A stretch of 64,000 nucleotides of DNA from an uncultured delta proteobacterium (GCA_963754925.1 CAVWHX010000009.1:69671-133670); one strand, 5' to 3'; shown: positions 10,282 through 20,438, counted from the stretch's first letter. Translations and numbers: made by a program. Notes: generated by a model from the letters alone, not told the origin.

Positions 10282-11117
10282 TCAGGACCCCATCGACCTC
10301 ATGACCTTAAGCATTAACCAATCGAAAGCCCGGTCGGACAGCACCGAGCGCAAGAACAGTATCGGCCGGGCGCCGGCCCCGGCCGCGTACCTCGTCTTCG
10401 GCCTCTTGGCCAGGAGGACCTTTTCGATCACCTTGGCGATAACGTCCGGGGGAGAGGCCCGCTTATACGCAACGGTAAGAAGACGCGCGTTCAACCGCGC
10501 GAGCTCCCGGTAGTCGGTGCTGCCGGAGGTCTTCATCACATTCTCGGCCGCAATGCCACCCCACTCGGTCTTGATGCCGCCGGGCTCGACAACGACCACG
10601 TCGATGCCGAAACCTTTGACCTCGAGCCGCAGGCAATCGCTGAGCGCCTCGAGGGCGAACTTCGTCGCGTGGTACCAGCTCCCCATCGGTTCGTAGATCT
10701 TTCCGCCGATCGACGAGATGTTGACGATCTTCCCGTAACGCTGCTTCCGCATCGAGGGCAGCACGAGCTGCATCATCCGCGCGGCCCCGAATACATTCAC
10801 CTCGAACTGGCGCCGGGCTTCGGCCGGGAAACGTCCTCGAGAGCGCCGTACGAGCCGTAGCCGGCGTTGTTGACGAGGATGTCGATCCGGCCCTGCTCCG
10901 CGAGGATGCACGCTACCATCGCGACCATCGACCCTTCGTCGGTGACGTCAAGCTTCAGGATGTTGATGCCTCGTAACTTCAAGGCGGCCATGCGATCAAG
11001 TCTACGTGCCGCTGCATAAACAACAAATCCTGCCCGCATCAGCCGGATTGCCGTTGCCTCGCCGATTCCCGACGAGGCCCCCGTGACGAGGACGACTTTT
11101 TTCGATTTCATGTCCAT
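10282..11117 (-). pseudogene. short-chain dehydrogenase/reductase split by a 1-bp frameshift (N-part 10797..11117, C-part 10282..10911)
   Basis: N-part has TGASSGIG and NNAG. C-part has YHATK and EARRQFEVNVFG. Restoring one C in the run near 10828-10833 joins them (…EDVS-PAEARRQ…). Start ATG 11117 follows AAGGAGAA. Confidence 0.65.
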
Positions 11118-11492
11118 GGGTTCTCCTTTGTCAATTCCCCAACGTCTCGGCACCGGCACAGCTTCTATGGGTTTTTTAATTAAGGGAAGAAAAAAATTAG
11201 GCCCCGGAGCGACAAGCTACACCCTAAGGGGGGAGTAGGCATAAGCCTGTTACACCACGGGGCCCTACAATGTATAGAACGCTCGATGGTCCTTAATTAT
11301 TCCGCCTACATTAGGCAAAGGACACGCAGGGGCGCACCATCCCCCTCATGGCTGCCCACCCAAGAGCCTTCGAATAGATTGATTCAAATTGAATGAAATG
11401 ATAGTTCATCATGATTGAGCCCGTCGCCTCATAGACTGGCTCTGGCAATGGCCATAACTGCGATGGTCGTTTATCAAAGAGGAGGATGGAAA

Positions 11493-12278
11493 ATGCGTTA
11501 CCTGCTCATTGCGTTTTCGATGCTGCTTTTGCCGGTGAGCTTGGCCCAAGCTCAGATCAGCGTCAACGTCGGTATCAACATGCCGGTATATCCGGAGTTG
11601 GTCCCCGTGCCGGGCTATCCCGTCTACTACGCCCCTCACGCGAGTTCGAATTACTTCTTTTACGACGGAATGTACTGGGCGTACTGGGAAGACAACTGGT
11701 ATGCGAGCGGCTGGTACAACGGGCCGTGGCAGCCGGTGGCGCCCATGGAGGTGCCGCTGTTTGTGCTGCGCGTTCCGGTGCGCTACTACCGACAGCCTCC
11801 GATGTATTTTCGCGGCTGGCGCGACGACGGGCCGCCCCGATGGGGCGAGCATTGGGGCCATGACTGGGAAGACCATCGACGCGGATGGGACCGCTGGGAC
11901 CGCCGCGCCGTTCCCCATGCCGCACCGTTGCCGGTTTACCAGCGGGCGTATTCGGGGGACCGCTATCCTCACGAGGCGGAACAGCGACATTCGATTCAAT
12001 CCGAGCATTACCATTATCAGCCGCATGAGGCCGTATCGCGGCAGCATTTTCAACAGCTGCACAACACGGGCAGCTCGCGCGCCCAGCCGCAACAGCCTAT
12101 CCGAGAGCGATCGTCCGTTCACCAACAGCCGGTGCAACCGCATCAGCAACCGCAACACCTGCAACCGGCGCAGCCGCAACACGCGCAACCGGCGCAGCGC
12201 CCGCAACACCCCCAAACCGCACCGCACAACACGGGTCGGGAGAACAGACACGAAGAGCACGGCGAGGAACACCGATAA
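11493..12278 (+). CDS. secreted protein: aromatic/Pro-rich N-domain and His/Gln/Pro-rich low-complexity C-terminal tail
   Basis: Start ATG 11493 after AAAGAGGAGGA. Signal peptide MRYLLIAFSMLLLPVSLAQAQ. C-terminus HQQPVQPHQQPQHLQPAQPQHAQPAQRPQHPQ…HEEHGEEHR. The equally long antisense ORF is a G+C artefact. Confidence 0.5.
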   Translation: MRYLLIAFSMLLLPVSLAQAQISVNVGINMPVYPELVPVPGYPVYYAPHASSNYFFYDGMYWAYWEDNWYASGWYNGPWQPVAPMEVPLFVLRVPVRYYRQPPMYFRGWRDDGPPRWGEHWGHDWEDHRRGWDRWDRRAVPHAAPLPVYQRAYSGDRYPHEAEQRHSIQSEHYHYQPHEAVSRQHFQQLHNTGSSRAQPQQPIRERSSVHQQPVQPHQQPQHLQPAQPQHAQPAQRPQHPQTAPHNTGRENRHEEHGEEHR

Positions 12279-12324
12279 TTAGCTATACTTCATTTCCAAC
12301 GATAGGTATCGAGATTTCAATCTG

Positions 12325-13530
12325 TTAAGAATAACAAGTTCTATTAATAATAACCTTCTTTAATTCATCGGAAAGGTTATTAAAGTATGCGCAGTATCCG
12401 GCTACGCGCACCAGGAGATAGGGGTGTTTTTCCGGATGGTGGTATGCATCCAGTAATAGTTCTCTGTTGAGAACGTTGGGCTGGAATTGCATGCCGCCTT
12501 TCTTGAAATAGGTGCTGATTAAACCTGAGAGGTTTCTGACTCCGTCAGGGCCCTGAAACAATGCGGAATCAATAGTGAACGTGACCGTGGTGCCATTGGG
12601 GGCATAGGTTTCAAAATCAACGCCGGCCACGGAATTCAGTGATGACAATAAGTCCGCCATCTGCATTCCATAATGAGGAGCAACACTGTTGGCGAGAGGA
12701 ACCCCCCTCAATCTGCCTGAAGGCAGTGAAGGCGTTTTTGCACCGTAAACATCACTTACATTCAAGGCGTAATAACCGGCGGTATATATGCCGTTACGCG
12801 GACAGTTCTCTACCTGTTTCAAAGCGTTAACATAAATCTGTAAGACTCGGTTAACCCATTCGACCGCCTCACGGGACTCATCATGACCAAATTTCGGCAC
12901 AGCGAGTAACGCCCATCGGATGCGCTGATAATATTCTCCGGCAAAGTCGTTGTCGATGGCGTTGATGATGTCATGTATTGAATACAGCTTTTTCTCGTAT
13001 ACGACTTCATTAATGGCGTGCAGCGAATCCGCGACATCCGTAATTCCTACTGCCTGAATGCCGCTGCTGTTAAACGTCGTGCCGCCTTCGTTCACATCTT
13101 TTCCGCTTTCAATACATCCCGTAAAGAGAGAAGATGCCAGGGGTGTGGTAAAGTCTTTACCAATCGCCTTTTCGATTTTCTGGTGATCAGCCAATATAGA
13201 GGACGCCAGATGATTCAAACGTGTCTGATAGCGTTCAAGCAGTTCATCCATGTTCGCGGGCGGATTGGGCCTGGAGGCCCTCTTCTTTTTATACCTGCCG
13301 CGGGCTTGGTTATATTTCAACACAATAAATTTAGAAAATGCAGTATCCCCGCTGAAGGTGTATTCGACAAATTTGGTGATCATTTTCTCCCGTTGATCGG
13401 AGAGTCCAAAGTTCCATAAATCATCTTCTTCGCCTTTCATGGCCTGCAGGAACGGCAGGACCACGTTCATATTGGCGCAGTCGGTATTGCCGAAATGATC
13501 ATCAGAAGCAGTGGGCTCGACACATCCCAC
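12325..13530 (-). CDS. glycyl radical enzyme, C-terminal half (Cys loop GCVEP to glycyl-radical motif RVAGY)
   Basis: VGCVEP at the ORF start. C-terminus …LLVRVAGYCAYFNNLSDELKKVIINRT aligns with the PFL/glycerol-dehydratase glycyl radical domain. Continues the upstream ORF after a 1-bp frameshift in a T5 run (13573-13577). Confidence 0.8.
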   Translation of the reverse strand: MGCVEPTASDDHFGNTDCANMNVVLPFLQAMKGEEDDLWNFGLSDQREKMITKFVEYTFSGDTAFSKFIVLKYNQARGRYKKKRASRPNPPANMDELLERYQTRLNHLASSILADHQKIEKAIGKDFTTPLASSLFTGCIESGKDVNEGGTTFNSSGIQAVGITDVADSLHAINEVVYEKKLYSIHDIINAIDNDFAGEYYQRIRWALLAVPKFGHDESREAVEWVNRVLQIYVNALKQVENCPRNGIYTAGYYALNVSDVYGAKTPSLPSGRLRGVPLANSVAPHYGMQMADLLSSLNSVAGVDFETYAPNGTTVTFTIDSALFQGPDGVRNLSGLISTYFKKGGMQFQPNVLNRELLLDAYHHPEKHPYLLVRVAGYCAYFNNLSDELKKVIINRTCYS

Positions 13531-15629
13531 TATCGAGTAGTTTCTCGCGTCTTCCCGTGTGGTGGGGTAATGTTTTTGTATGGTTTTAATATACCTTCAT
13601 CATTAAACAATTCCGGCATGGGTGACCCATTGATATATACCTCTGCAATCCTGTCCAGATATCGCGGGGGACTGTTTTGATGAATTCTTGCCGTCATATT
13701 TACGGCGAGAGGCTGCAGTTCGCAAACATCCAGCAGCATGTAGGTTAGGTCATTGGTGGCGTCGTGGCCGTTTTTGTCAACACCTCCAAACGTCAACGCT
13801 TGATCGGTAGACTGCGTCTCAAAAAGTCTTCCGATTCTAAGATAGGTATCGCCGTCGTTTACGAGAATGGCCTCGTCCATTTTGAGAATAAATAAGGCCA
13901 GCAGTTCTTTCGCCTTCTCATAATCCATTATTCCGGCCTCGGTATCCTTTTTATAGTAGGGATATAGTATCTGGTCGAGGCGTCCAAAGGATACCGCATT
14001 TTCATAGGACTCTATGCACAGCGCGATCTGTAAAAACATCATGGATTGGAGCGCCTCATGATAGGTGCGGGCAGGATATCGAGGGACCTGTCTGCAAATC
14101 TCCGCCATTTCTTCAAGTTCTCTACGGCGGGCCGGATCTGTTTCTTTTTGAGTTAACTCCGACAGTACATTGGCGTATCTTTCTGCAAAACTCTCCAGCG
14201 CTTTGAGGGCGATAATGGCGCCGTTATAGAAGTCCTGATTATTTTCAGGCTTTTCTTTTTGCTTTTGTTCAATCTCTTGTATGATTCCGGTGGTTCCACG
14301 TTTGAGCATGCGTTCGAAATTGACGACAAAATGCGCTATGGCGGCCGTGTTATTATTGAATCCGGTATTCATTTCGGAACATCGCGCAAGGTTCAACATA
14401 AAATCCGAAAAAGATTTGTACACCTTCATCAAAAGGCAGTGTTTTCGCCAGAAGGGAAATATTCTAAAATAAAAATTAAGCTTGTCTCTAAAAGAACACT
14501 TGAAGGAAACCGGCGTCTGTCGATTGATTTGATGGAGAATGGAAACAAAAAGAACGCCGTAGTGTTCTTCCCAGATCTGGCCGCCGACGCGCTTTGAAGT
14601 AAAATTGCCGACGAGCAATTCATGAGGATAGATGATGATTTTCTTGTTTTTCAATACATGCGACAGACGCTGCGCTCTATGAATATGAACCGGTTTACTG
14701 AAACCATTCTTCTTGTAGAATTCCGTTTTCAGTTTGGATGCTTCAAAACAGAGGTGATAATCACTCCCCCTGATATCTTTTTGTATGTCATAAACGCGAT
14801 TGGTAAAGACGGCTGTATGCCGGGAAGCATCCAAATCACAACATTCGGCCTTGATGTCAAACGATTTGAATAATTCGACCGCGTTTTTGATGGCGGCCAG
14901 GCTTTGATCGGGAGTAATATTCAACGATTCCCGCACCAGACCCAAACGCTGTGCCTTATCTTCGTACAGGTTGTGGTATTTCAGCAACTCAATTGAGTCG
15001 TAATTGATAGACTTTAAAAAAACAGCAGTTGCTTGTATAGTGCTTTCCGTATCGTTGTATCCCGGCACCATCACCATGCGGAATTTAACATTGGCGTTTG
15101 AATCAAGCAGTTTCCTTAGATTACTGTGGATTAATGCGCCATCCTGTTTTGTGTATTTCTTATGAAGATCGTCATCGCCGACAATCTTCAGATCAACTAA
15201 AAACAAATTTATATACGATGCTATGTTGTGTATATGTTCCCAGGGCGCATGCAGGGAGGTTTCGACAACGACATGAATGTTATTATTCTTAAATAAATTC
15301 AAGAGACTTATAAGGCTGCCCGGGTCCTGTAACAGAGGCTCACCGCCGCTGAGGGTCACACCGCCGCCGGTTTTGAAGTAGTACTCGTTATCTCGTAACA
15401 CAACTTCCAGTATGTCGGAAATCGAATACGTGCCGTCGGGCGCCATGGTGGGATTGAATGACAGCGCTTCGGGATTCTGGCACCATACACATCTCAGGGT
15501 GCACCCCTGAAAGAAAATAGTGGTGCGGATACCGGGGCCGTCATGAACACAGGTGCGTTGGATTTTTAAAACTTTTAGCTTCTCGGTGTGTTCGACTGGG
15601 CGATCATCAAGATTTTTGGCGGTCTGCAT
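13530..15629 (-). CDS. in-frame fusion: GRE-activating radical SAM enzyme (about residues 1-265) plus N-terminal half of the glycyl radical enzyme
   Basis: Activase part: GCTLRCVWCQNP (CxxxCxxC), SGGEPLLQ, C-terminus like PflA. An 8-aa linker is then followed directly by the GRE N-terminal region (RAQRLSHVLKNKKIIIYPHELLVGN…; …FNDEGILKPYK). No stop or start between them in any frame. Confidence 0.8.
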   Translation of the reverse strand: MQTAKNLDDRPVEHTEKLKVLKIQRTCVHDGPGIRTTIFFQGCTLRCVWCQNPEALSFNPTMAPDGTYSISDILEVVLRDNEYYFKTGGGVTLSGGEPLLQDPGSLISLLNLFKNNNIHVVVETSLHAPWEHIHNIASYINLFLVDLKIVGDDDLHKKYTKQDGALIHSNLRKLLDSNANVKFRMVMVPGYNDTESTIQATAVFLKSINYDSIELLKYHNLYEDKAQRLGLVRESLNITPDQSLAAIKNAVELFKSFDIKAECCDLDASRHTAVFTNRVYDIQKDIRGSDYHLCFEASKLKTEFYKKNGFSKPVHIHRAQRLSHVLKNKKIIIYPHELLVGNFTSKRVGGQIWEEHYGVLFVSILHQINRQTPVSFKCSFRDKLNFYFRIFPFWRKHCLLMKVYKSFSDFMLNLARCSEMNTGFNNNTAAIAHFVVNFERMLKRGTTGIIQEIEQKQKEKPENNQDFYNGAIIALKALESFAERYANVLSELTQKETDPARRRELEEMAEICRQVPRYPARTYHEALQSMMFLQIALCIESYENAVSFGRLDQILYPYYKKDTEAGIMDYEKAKELLALFILKMDEAILVNDGDTYLRIGRLFETQSTDQALTFGGVDKNGHDATNDLTYMLLDVCELQPLAVNMTARIHQNSPPRYLDRIAEVYINGSPMPELFNDEGILKPYKNITPPHGKTRETTR

Positions 15630-15697
15630 TTTCTAAACAGCGCCTTCTCACATCTAGCTTCATGTTAACTCTATACGCATTACTGAGTCAATCTTAC

Positions 15698-16618
15698 CTA
15701 TCGCACGAGGACCAAGACGACCTTGTTTTTCCCACCCTTCTTCGCCTGGTACAGCGCCCGATCCGCTTTTTCGATAAGCTTCCGAGGCGAAGTTATGGTG
15801 CGATCGCAGACGGCGACTCCCACGCTAACGGTAATCCGGTGCCCGCCACCGGTTATTCTCCCGGCTTTTGCTCTGATTCTTTCCGCGATTTCGCCCGCCT
15901 CATCGGGGTCGTTGGTGAATGGCAGAATGGCGACAAACTCCTCACCGCCAAAGCGGCAGCAGATATCCGAATCTCTCATCTGCTCTTTCATCGTTTTGGC
16001 TACTTTGATCAGTACCCGGTCTCCCTCTTGATGGCCGTACCGATCGTTAACCGACTTGAAGTTATCGATGTCCAACAGAATTAAGGACACGCCGACGCGG
16101 TATCGTCGCTGGCGTCTGAACTCCAGTTCCAGCAGCTCATAACAGCTCGAGTGGTTGAAAAGGCCCGTCATCCCGTCGCGCATCGAGAGGTCTGCTATCT
16201 CCGAGACATAGGCCTCGGCAATCAACGTGGGCGAACTCAACTCACTCGTGATATTCGAAAGGTAATCCAAGGTGGCGACGGTCATGCGCACGTTTCTGCC
16301 AAGTTTCTCCGACATTATGTGCTTGTGCACCAGCACCGTATCCCAAAGGACCTCGGCGATCTTGGGAGCAAAATAGTGGTGCGTAATCGCATAAAACAGG
16401 TCCGAATAAAAGGCGCTCCCCCGACTGTTCTTCTGTGTGCAAATAAAAGCATCCTCCGCCTCTGTCAGTTGTCGGTCGCCGGCACAGGCTGATACTAAAT
16501 CAACGCGCACGGCATCCGACGCGGTTGTTCCCCGCAGCCGATCCGTGTCGTTCTCATCTTGTGCCAACGTGGGCATTCTTCGGCTACTCCCACCCATCGC
16601 CAGTCCTCCGTCGGCCAT
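15698..16618 (-). CDS. GGDEF-domain diguanylate cyclase with N-terminal sensory domain of unknown type
   Basis: GGEEF motif (RFGGEEFVAILPF), with the DRYGHQEGD and SVGVA segments typical of GGDEF domains. Confidence 0.85.
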   Translation of the reverse strand: MADGGLAMGGSSRRMPTLAQDENDTDRLRGTTASDAVRVDLVSACAGDRQLTEAEDAFICTQKNSRGSAFYSDLFYAITHHYFAPKIAEVLWDTVLVHKHIMSEKLGRNVRMTVATLDYLSNITSELSSPTLIAEAYVSEIADLSMRDGMTGLFNHSSCYELLELEFRRQRRYRVGVSLILLDIDNFKSVNDRYGHQEGDRVLIKVAKTMKEQMRDSDICCRFGGEEFVAILPFTNDPDEAGEIAERIRAKAGRITGGGHRITVSVGVAVCDRTITSPRKLIEKADRALYQAKKGGKNKVVLVLVR

Positions 16619-16740
16619 TCCCCTCTCGGTTCGGCCACGACCGTTAATTACAACCTGTCCAGAATTATACTAGTATTTGAGGTTCTGGGCAAAAATAGAT
16701 TAACGTATCACCTATCCAGATGATACCTTTGATCAGCTTC

Positions 16741-17007
16741 GGTAGTGTCTCATTTTACCAGAGGCTTACGGGTGTTCGGCAGGCGACCGTCTATCCCACA
16801 AGGGGACAAGAGCTTGTAAGCCTCACTTTGTTCGGCAACAAGCTCTAGCACCCAGGCTGCATTTGCATAATGAATTTTTCAATCTTGAGCGGTTAATTAG
16901 AGACTGTTAGTGAGCGAAGCGATACTTACAGTCTCTTATCCTTTAGGGTATGTTTCGGTCGCGTGTCGTTCGACGAATACCCGTAAGCCTCAAACTGAGA
17001 CACTACC
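16741..17007. mobile_element. MITE-like 267-bp non-coding element, copy 1 (TIR GGTAGTG…CACTACC; 8-bp target duplication TCAGCTTC)
   Basis: About 95% identical to 35558..35824. Terminal inverted repeats of 12+ bp extended by imperfect pairing. Flanked by direct TCAGCTTC at 16733-16740 and 17008-17015. No ORF. Confidence 0.6.
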
Positions 17008-17034
17008 TCAGCTTCGCTGCGGTGAGGAGATATC

Positions 17035-18663
17035 ATGGGAACAGTTCTCGTAATCAACGGCAGTATCATCGACGGCACGGGAAAACCAGGCTTTCCCGGG
17101 CATGTGCTCATCGAGGGCGGCGCAATAAAAGACCTCTTGAGTCCAGGCGCTTCTCTCCCGCTTGTGGATGAGACCATCGATGCCAAGGGTTGTGTCGTAT
17201 GTCCCGGCTTCATTGACATGCACTCCCACTCGGACTGGATCCTGCCGCTGGAAGAGAACCCAGGCATTCTCAGGCATCTCATCGAGCAAGGCATCACGAG
17301 CGTGGTGGCAGGCAACTGCGGATTATCTCCCGCCCCTTTCGGGCAGAAGATTTCCTACAAACTCCTGCAGAGTAGTCTGCTTCTGGAGAGGAAATTCGAT
17401 GTTACCTGGAAATCCATGGATGAATTCCTTTCGCGTCTATCCGAGACAGGGCCGGCCGTCAATGTTGCAGAGCTTTCCGGCCACATATGCATACGACTCG
17501 CCGCCGCAGACACCCTGCGGGGCGCCCTGCCCCCTGAAGAGCTCAGGAACTGTCTGGCTGTGCTCGGGCAGTCTCTTGACGAAGGGGCCTGCGGCCTGAG
17601 TTTCGGGCTCGGCTATGAACCCGGCATGTATTCTCCCCTCGATGAGATCGAGGCATTCTGCAGGGTAGCTCGTCAAAAGAACAAACCCGTTACCGTACAC
17701 CTGAAAGCCCTGAGTGTCATATCGCCTACCTACCCTTTGACAACTTTTAAGCCGCACAACCTTCTGGCGCTTAAGGAGATGATTGAGATCGCCCGAAAGA
17801 CGGGGATAGACCTTCAGGTCTCCCACTTCATCTTTGCGGGCAGAAGGAGTTTTTGGACCGCCGCAAGGGCCATAGAGATGGTGGAGCAGGCCCGCCGTGA
17901 CGGCGTGAATATCATGATTGACGCCTTTCCGTTCATGTGCGGCAACACCACCATCACGGCGGTGCTCCCGCACTGGTTCCTGAAGAGGACCCCAAAGGCC
18001 TACCATAACCGCCTGCTCAGGCTTCGTCTCAGGGCAGAGCTCGAAACCGGATTTCGACTGATCGGCTTCACGTATAAGGACTTTCAGGTCATGGAGGCGG
18101 GCATTCAGGGGATGGAGGAACTCAACGGCCTCACCATCCCGGAGATCGCAAAAAAATGGCATACGAGCAACTTCGATACCGTGCTCAACCTCTGCGAGCA
18201 GAGCAAAGGGGCCACGCTCATGCTGTTCCACGCTTACAGTGGGGAGCCGGGTCGCACCGAGGTGATTGAACGCGTGCTCTCAAACCGTCTATGCCTTTTC
18301 GAAACGGATGCCGTCATCAAAAGCAGGGGATACCCCAACCCGTCAGCCCGAGGAGCCTTCCCCTATATCCTGGGACCCCTGGTGCGGGATCGTAAACTAT
18401 TCAATCTGGAAGACGCAATCCATCGTTCAACCTACGCAAGCGCACAGCGCTTCCATATCGCGGACCGGGGGCTTTTGCAGGCGGGCAAGGCGGCAGACCT
18501 CGTGGTCTTCGACCCGATTGGCATCTGCGATACCCCGCCCGTCGGCCAGCAAGCCGCGGGCAAGCCAAAGGGCATCATTCATGTATTCATCAACGGACGG
18601 CAGGTGATAAAAGATGGATCGCTGACCGGGGATCAGAGGGCCGGCAAAGTATTGAGGTTGTAA
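17035..18663 (+). CDS. amidohydrolase-family protein, N-acyl-D-amino-acid deacylase (D-aminoacylase)-like
   Basis: PGFIDMHSHSD metal-binding motif with a DGTG N-terminal segment. 542 aa. RBS GGTGAGGAGA before ATG 17035. Confidence 0.8.
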   Translation: MGTVLVINGSIIDGTGKPGFPGHVLIEGGAIKDLLSPGASLPLVDETIDAKGCVVCPGFIDMHSHSDWILPLEENPGILRHLIEQGITSVVAGNCGLSPAPFGQKISYKLLQSSLLLERKFDVTWKSMDEFLSRLSETGPAVNVAELSGHICIRLAAADTLRGALPPEELRNCLAVLGQSLDEGACGLSFGLGYEPGMYSPLDEIEAFCRVARQKNKPVTVHLKALSVISPTYPLTTFKPHNLLALKEMIEIARKTGIDLQVSHFIFAGRRSFWTAARAIEMVEQARRDGVNIMIDAFPFMCGNTTITAVLPHWFLKRTPKAYHNRLLRLRLRAELETGFRLIGFTYKDFQVMEAGIQGMEELNGLTIPEIAKKWHTSNFDTVLNLCEQSKGATLMLFHAYSGEPGRTEVIERVLSNRLCLFETDAVIKSRGYPNPSARGAFPYILGPLVRDRKLFNLEDAIHRSTYASAQRFHIADRGLLQAGKAADLVVFDPIGICDTPPVGQQAAGKPKGIIHVFINGRQVIKDGSLTGDQRAGKVLRL

Positions 18664-18718
18664 CGCCTCATCCCCCCGATGGATGTGTTGAGAGTGCATC
18701 CTAGGAGAGTCGGCGCCG

Positions 18719-20240
18719 TTACTCGACCGAACCGCTCGTACAGGTCGCGCCCCGCGACTGCCCAATTTGATCCGTGGCGGGACAGTCGCTGCCGGCCCCG
18801 CGCGCCGGGCTGGTCGACGCCGGGAGCATCGTCTCGGTGGGGCCCCCGTTGTTGCCCAAGGGACCGAGGAGCGGATCGGCCACCGTGATGTCCGCGGTGC
18901 AGGGGGCCGCGCCTGTCCACTGGAGGTTGCCGCCTCCCTCCCCGAGCTCGTTGTCGCAGCTCGGTCCCCACGTGCCGGTGTTGCCCGAGACGAGGGAGTT
19001 CTTCAGGACGAGCCCGGTGTGGCCGCCGAAGACGGCGCCGGCGCCGGCATTATAGTCACCGGGGTACTGACCGTCGGCGTGGTTGTTGGCGATGGTGCAG
19101 TTGAGGAGCTCGCCGGGCGGGTTGTAGCTCAGCCAAAGTCCGCCGCCGTTGCTCCCGGTGGCGACGTTTTCGGCGACGGTCACGTTGGTCATCTGGACCT
19201 GGGCCTTGCTGATCCAGAATCCCTCCGTTGTACCAGGCCCGGTTACGCGAGATGGTGCTCGCCTCCAGGTTCATGTCGAGCCCCTGGAGGTAGAGGCCGC
19301 CCGCGTCCCCTTCGCCGGCCGCGGTGACTTGGTTCGCATCGACGGTGGTCTGGTCCATCGTGAAGGTGCCGGAGTTGTCGTTTGAGACCCTAAAAAACCC
19401 GCCACCTACCGCCCCCGCCGTGTTATTGGCGATGGTCACGCCGCAGAGAGCGGTCCGCTCGTCCGCCCCGTCCATGTAGATCGCGCCGCCGCAGCCGCCG
19501 TTTCCCGGATTGCCGCCGGTGCCTGTGGCCGCGTTCTGGGTGAAGGTGCTGTTGACGACTATCAGATCGCCGTTGAGGCTGCCGATGGCGCCGCCGTTAC
19601 TGGCCTCATTCCCCTGGAAGGTGCTGCCGACGACGATCGTGTCGCCGCCGCCGAAGGCGTAGATCGCTCCGCCCGCGATGTCCTGTCCGGGCGACGGGGC
19701 CTGGTTGTCGAGGAAGACCGAATTGATGACCGTCAGGCTGCCGCCGTTCCGATAGATAGCGCCGCCGCCCTGGGTCGTGTCATCGCCGCCCGGGGGGCTG
19801 CTGCCATCGCTGAAGGTGAGCCGCTGCACCGAAAGCCGCGGCGTGGTCTGGTCGTAGCCGGAGTCTAGGTAGAGAATGCGCGAGGTCCCGCCGCCGCTCA
19901 GGGTGACCGTGCCGCCGCCGTCGAGGACCGTCTCCTTCTTGAATATGATGGGTGAGGTCACGGTGATCGTGACCGGTGAAGCGCCGCAGTTGAAGACGAT
20001 AGTTCCCCCGGCGTCCGCCGCGGTCTGGAGGAACGCCTGGGTGCAGGTCTCAGCCGTGCCGGAACCCACTACCGACGTCGGGGCCGACACGTCATAGGGG
20101 CCTACCGGCGCTTCGCAGGTAGTAGGCGGAGGGTTGCCGCTGAACTTGGTGTGGTTTCCAGATGAGCAGGAGCAGGTTACGAGGAGCACCGCAGTCAGTA
20201 AGAGGCACGAGCGCATACGACCTCCGACGTGATTAACCAT
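18719..20240 (-). CDS. secreted lipoprotein with parallel beta-helix (Pmp-like GGAIY) repeats and a C-terminal choice-of-anchor-Q-type domain; frameshifted near 19215
   Basis: Lipobox LLVTCSCSS. Repeated GGAIY/NGGAI motifs. Second ORF (18719..19192) carries ADPLLGPLGNNGGPTET…DQIGQSRG. The first ORF runs into Arg-rich nonsense after …STISRNRAWYNGG, so a frameshift joins them. Confidence 0.55.
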
Positions 20241-20438
20241 ATGCTCCTATTTTAGCACCTTAATCAGACTCGATCATCAGTGAAATTCTAACGTTTCCCG
20301 ATGACACCGGTCGAGAGGCGATTTGCTATCCTTGAAATTCCTCCTTGACATGGGGGAATTTCAAGGTTTGTTCCGTTCGATTCGATCAATTACTTTGACC
20401 TCGAAGACCCTTCAAATCTGGCCCGTCTTGATGAACCC

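Noticed and set aside
11409-12272. 287-aa ORF antisense to the His/Gln/Pro-rich secreted protein
   Set aside because: R/L/V-rich low-complexity translation with no start context. Typical shadow ORF of a high-G+C repeat-rich gene.
13530-15629. Activase-GRE fusion as a simple assembly artefact merging two overlapping genes
   Set aside because: Both activase and GRE N-terminal sequence are in the same frame for more than 400 codons on each side of the junction, and the other two frames contain stops at the junction. A single indel cannot create this. Retained as a real (though to-be-verified) fusion.
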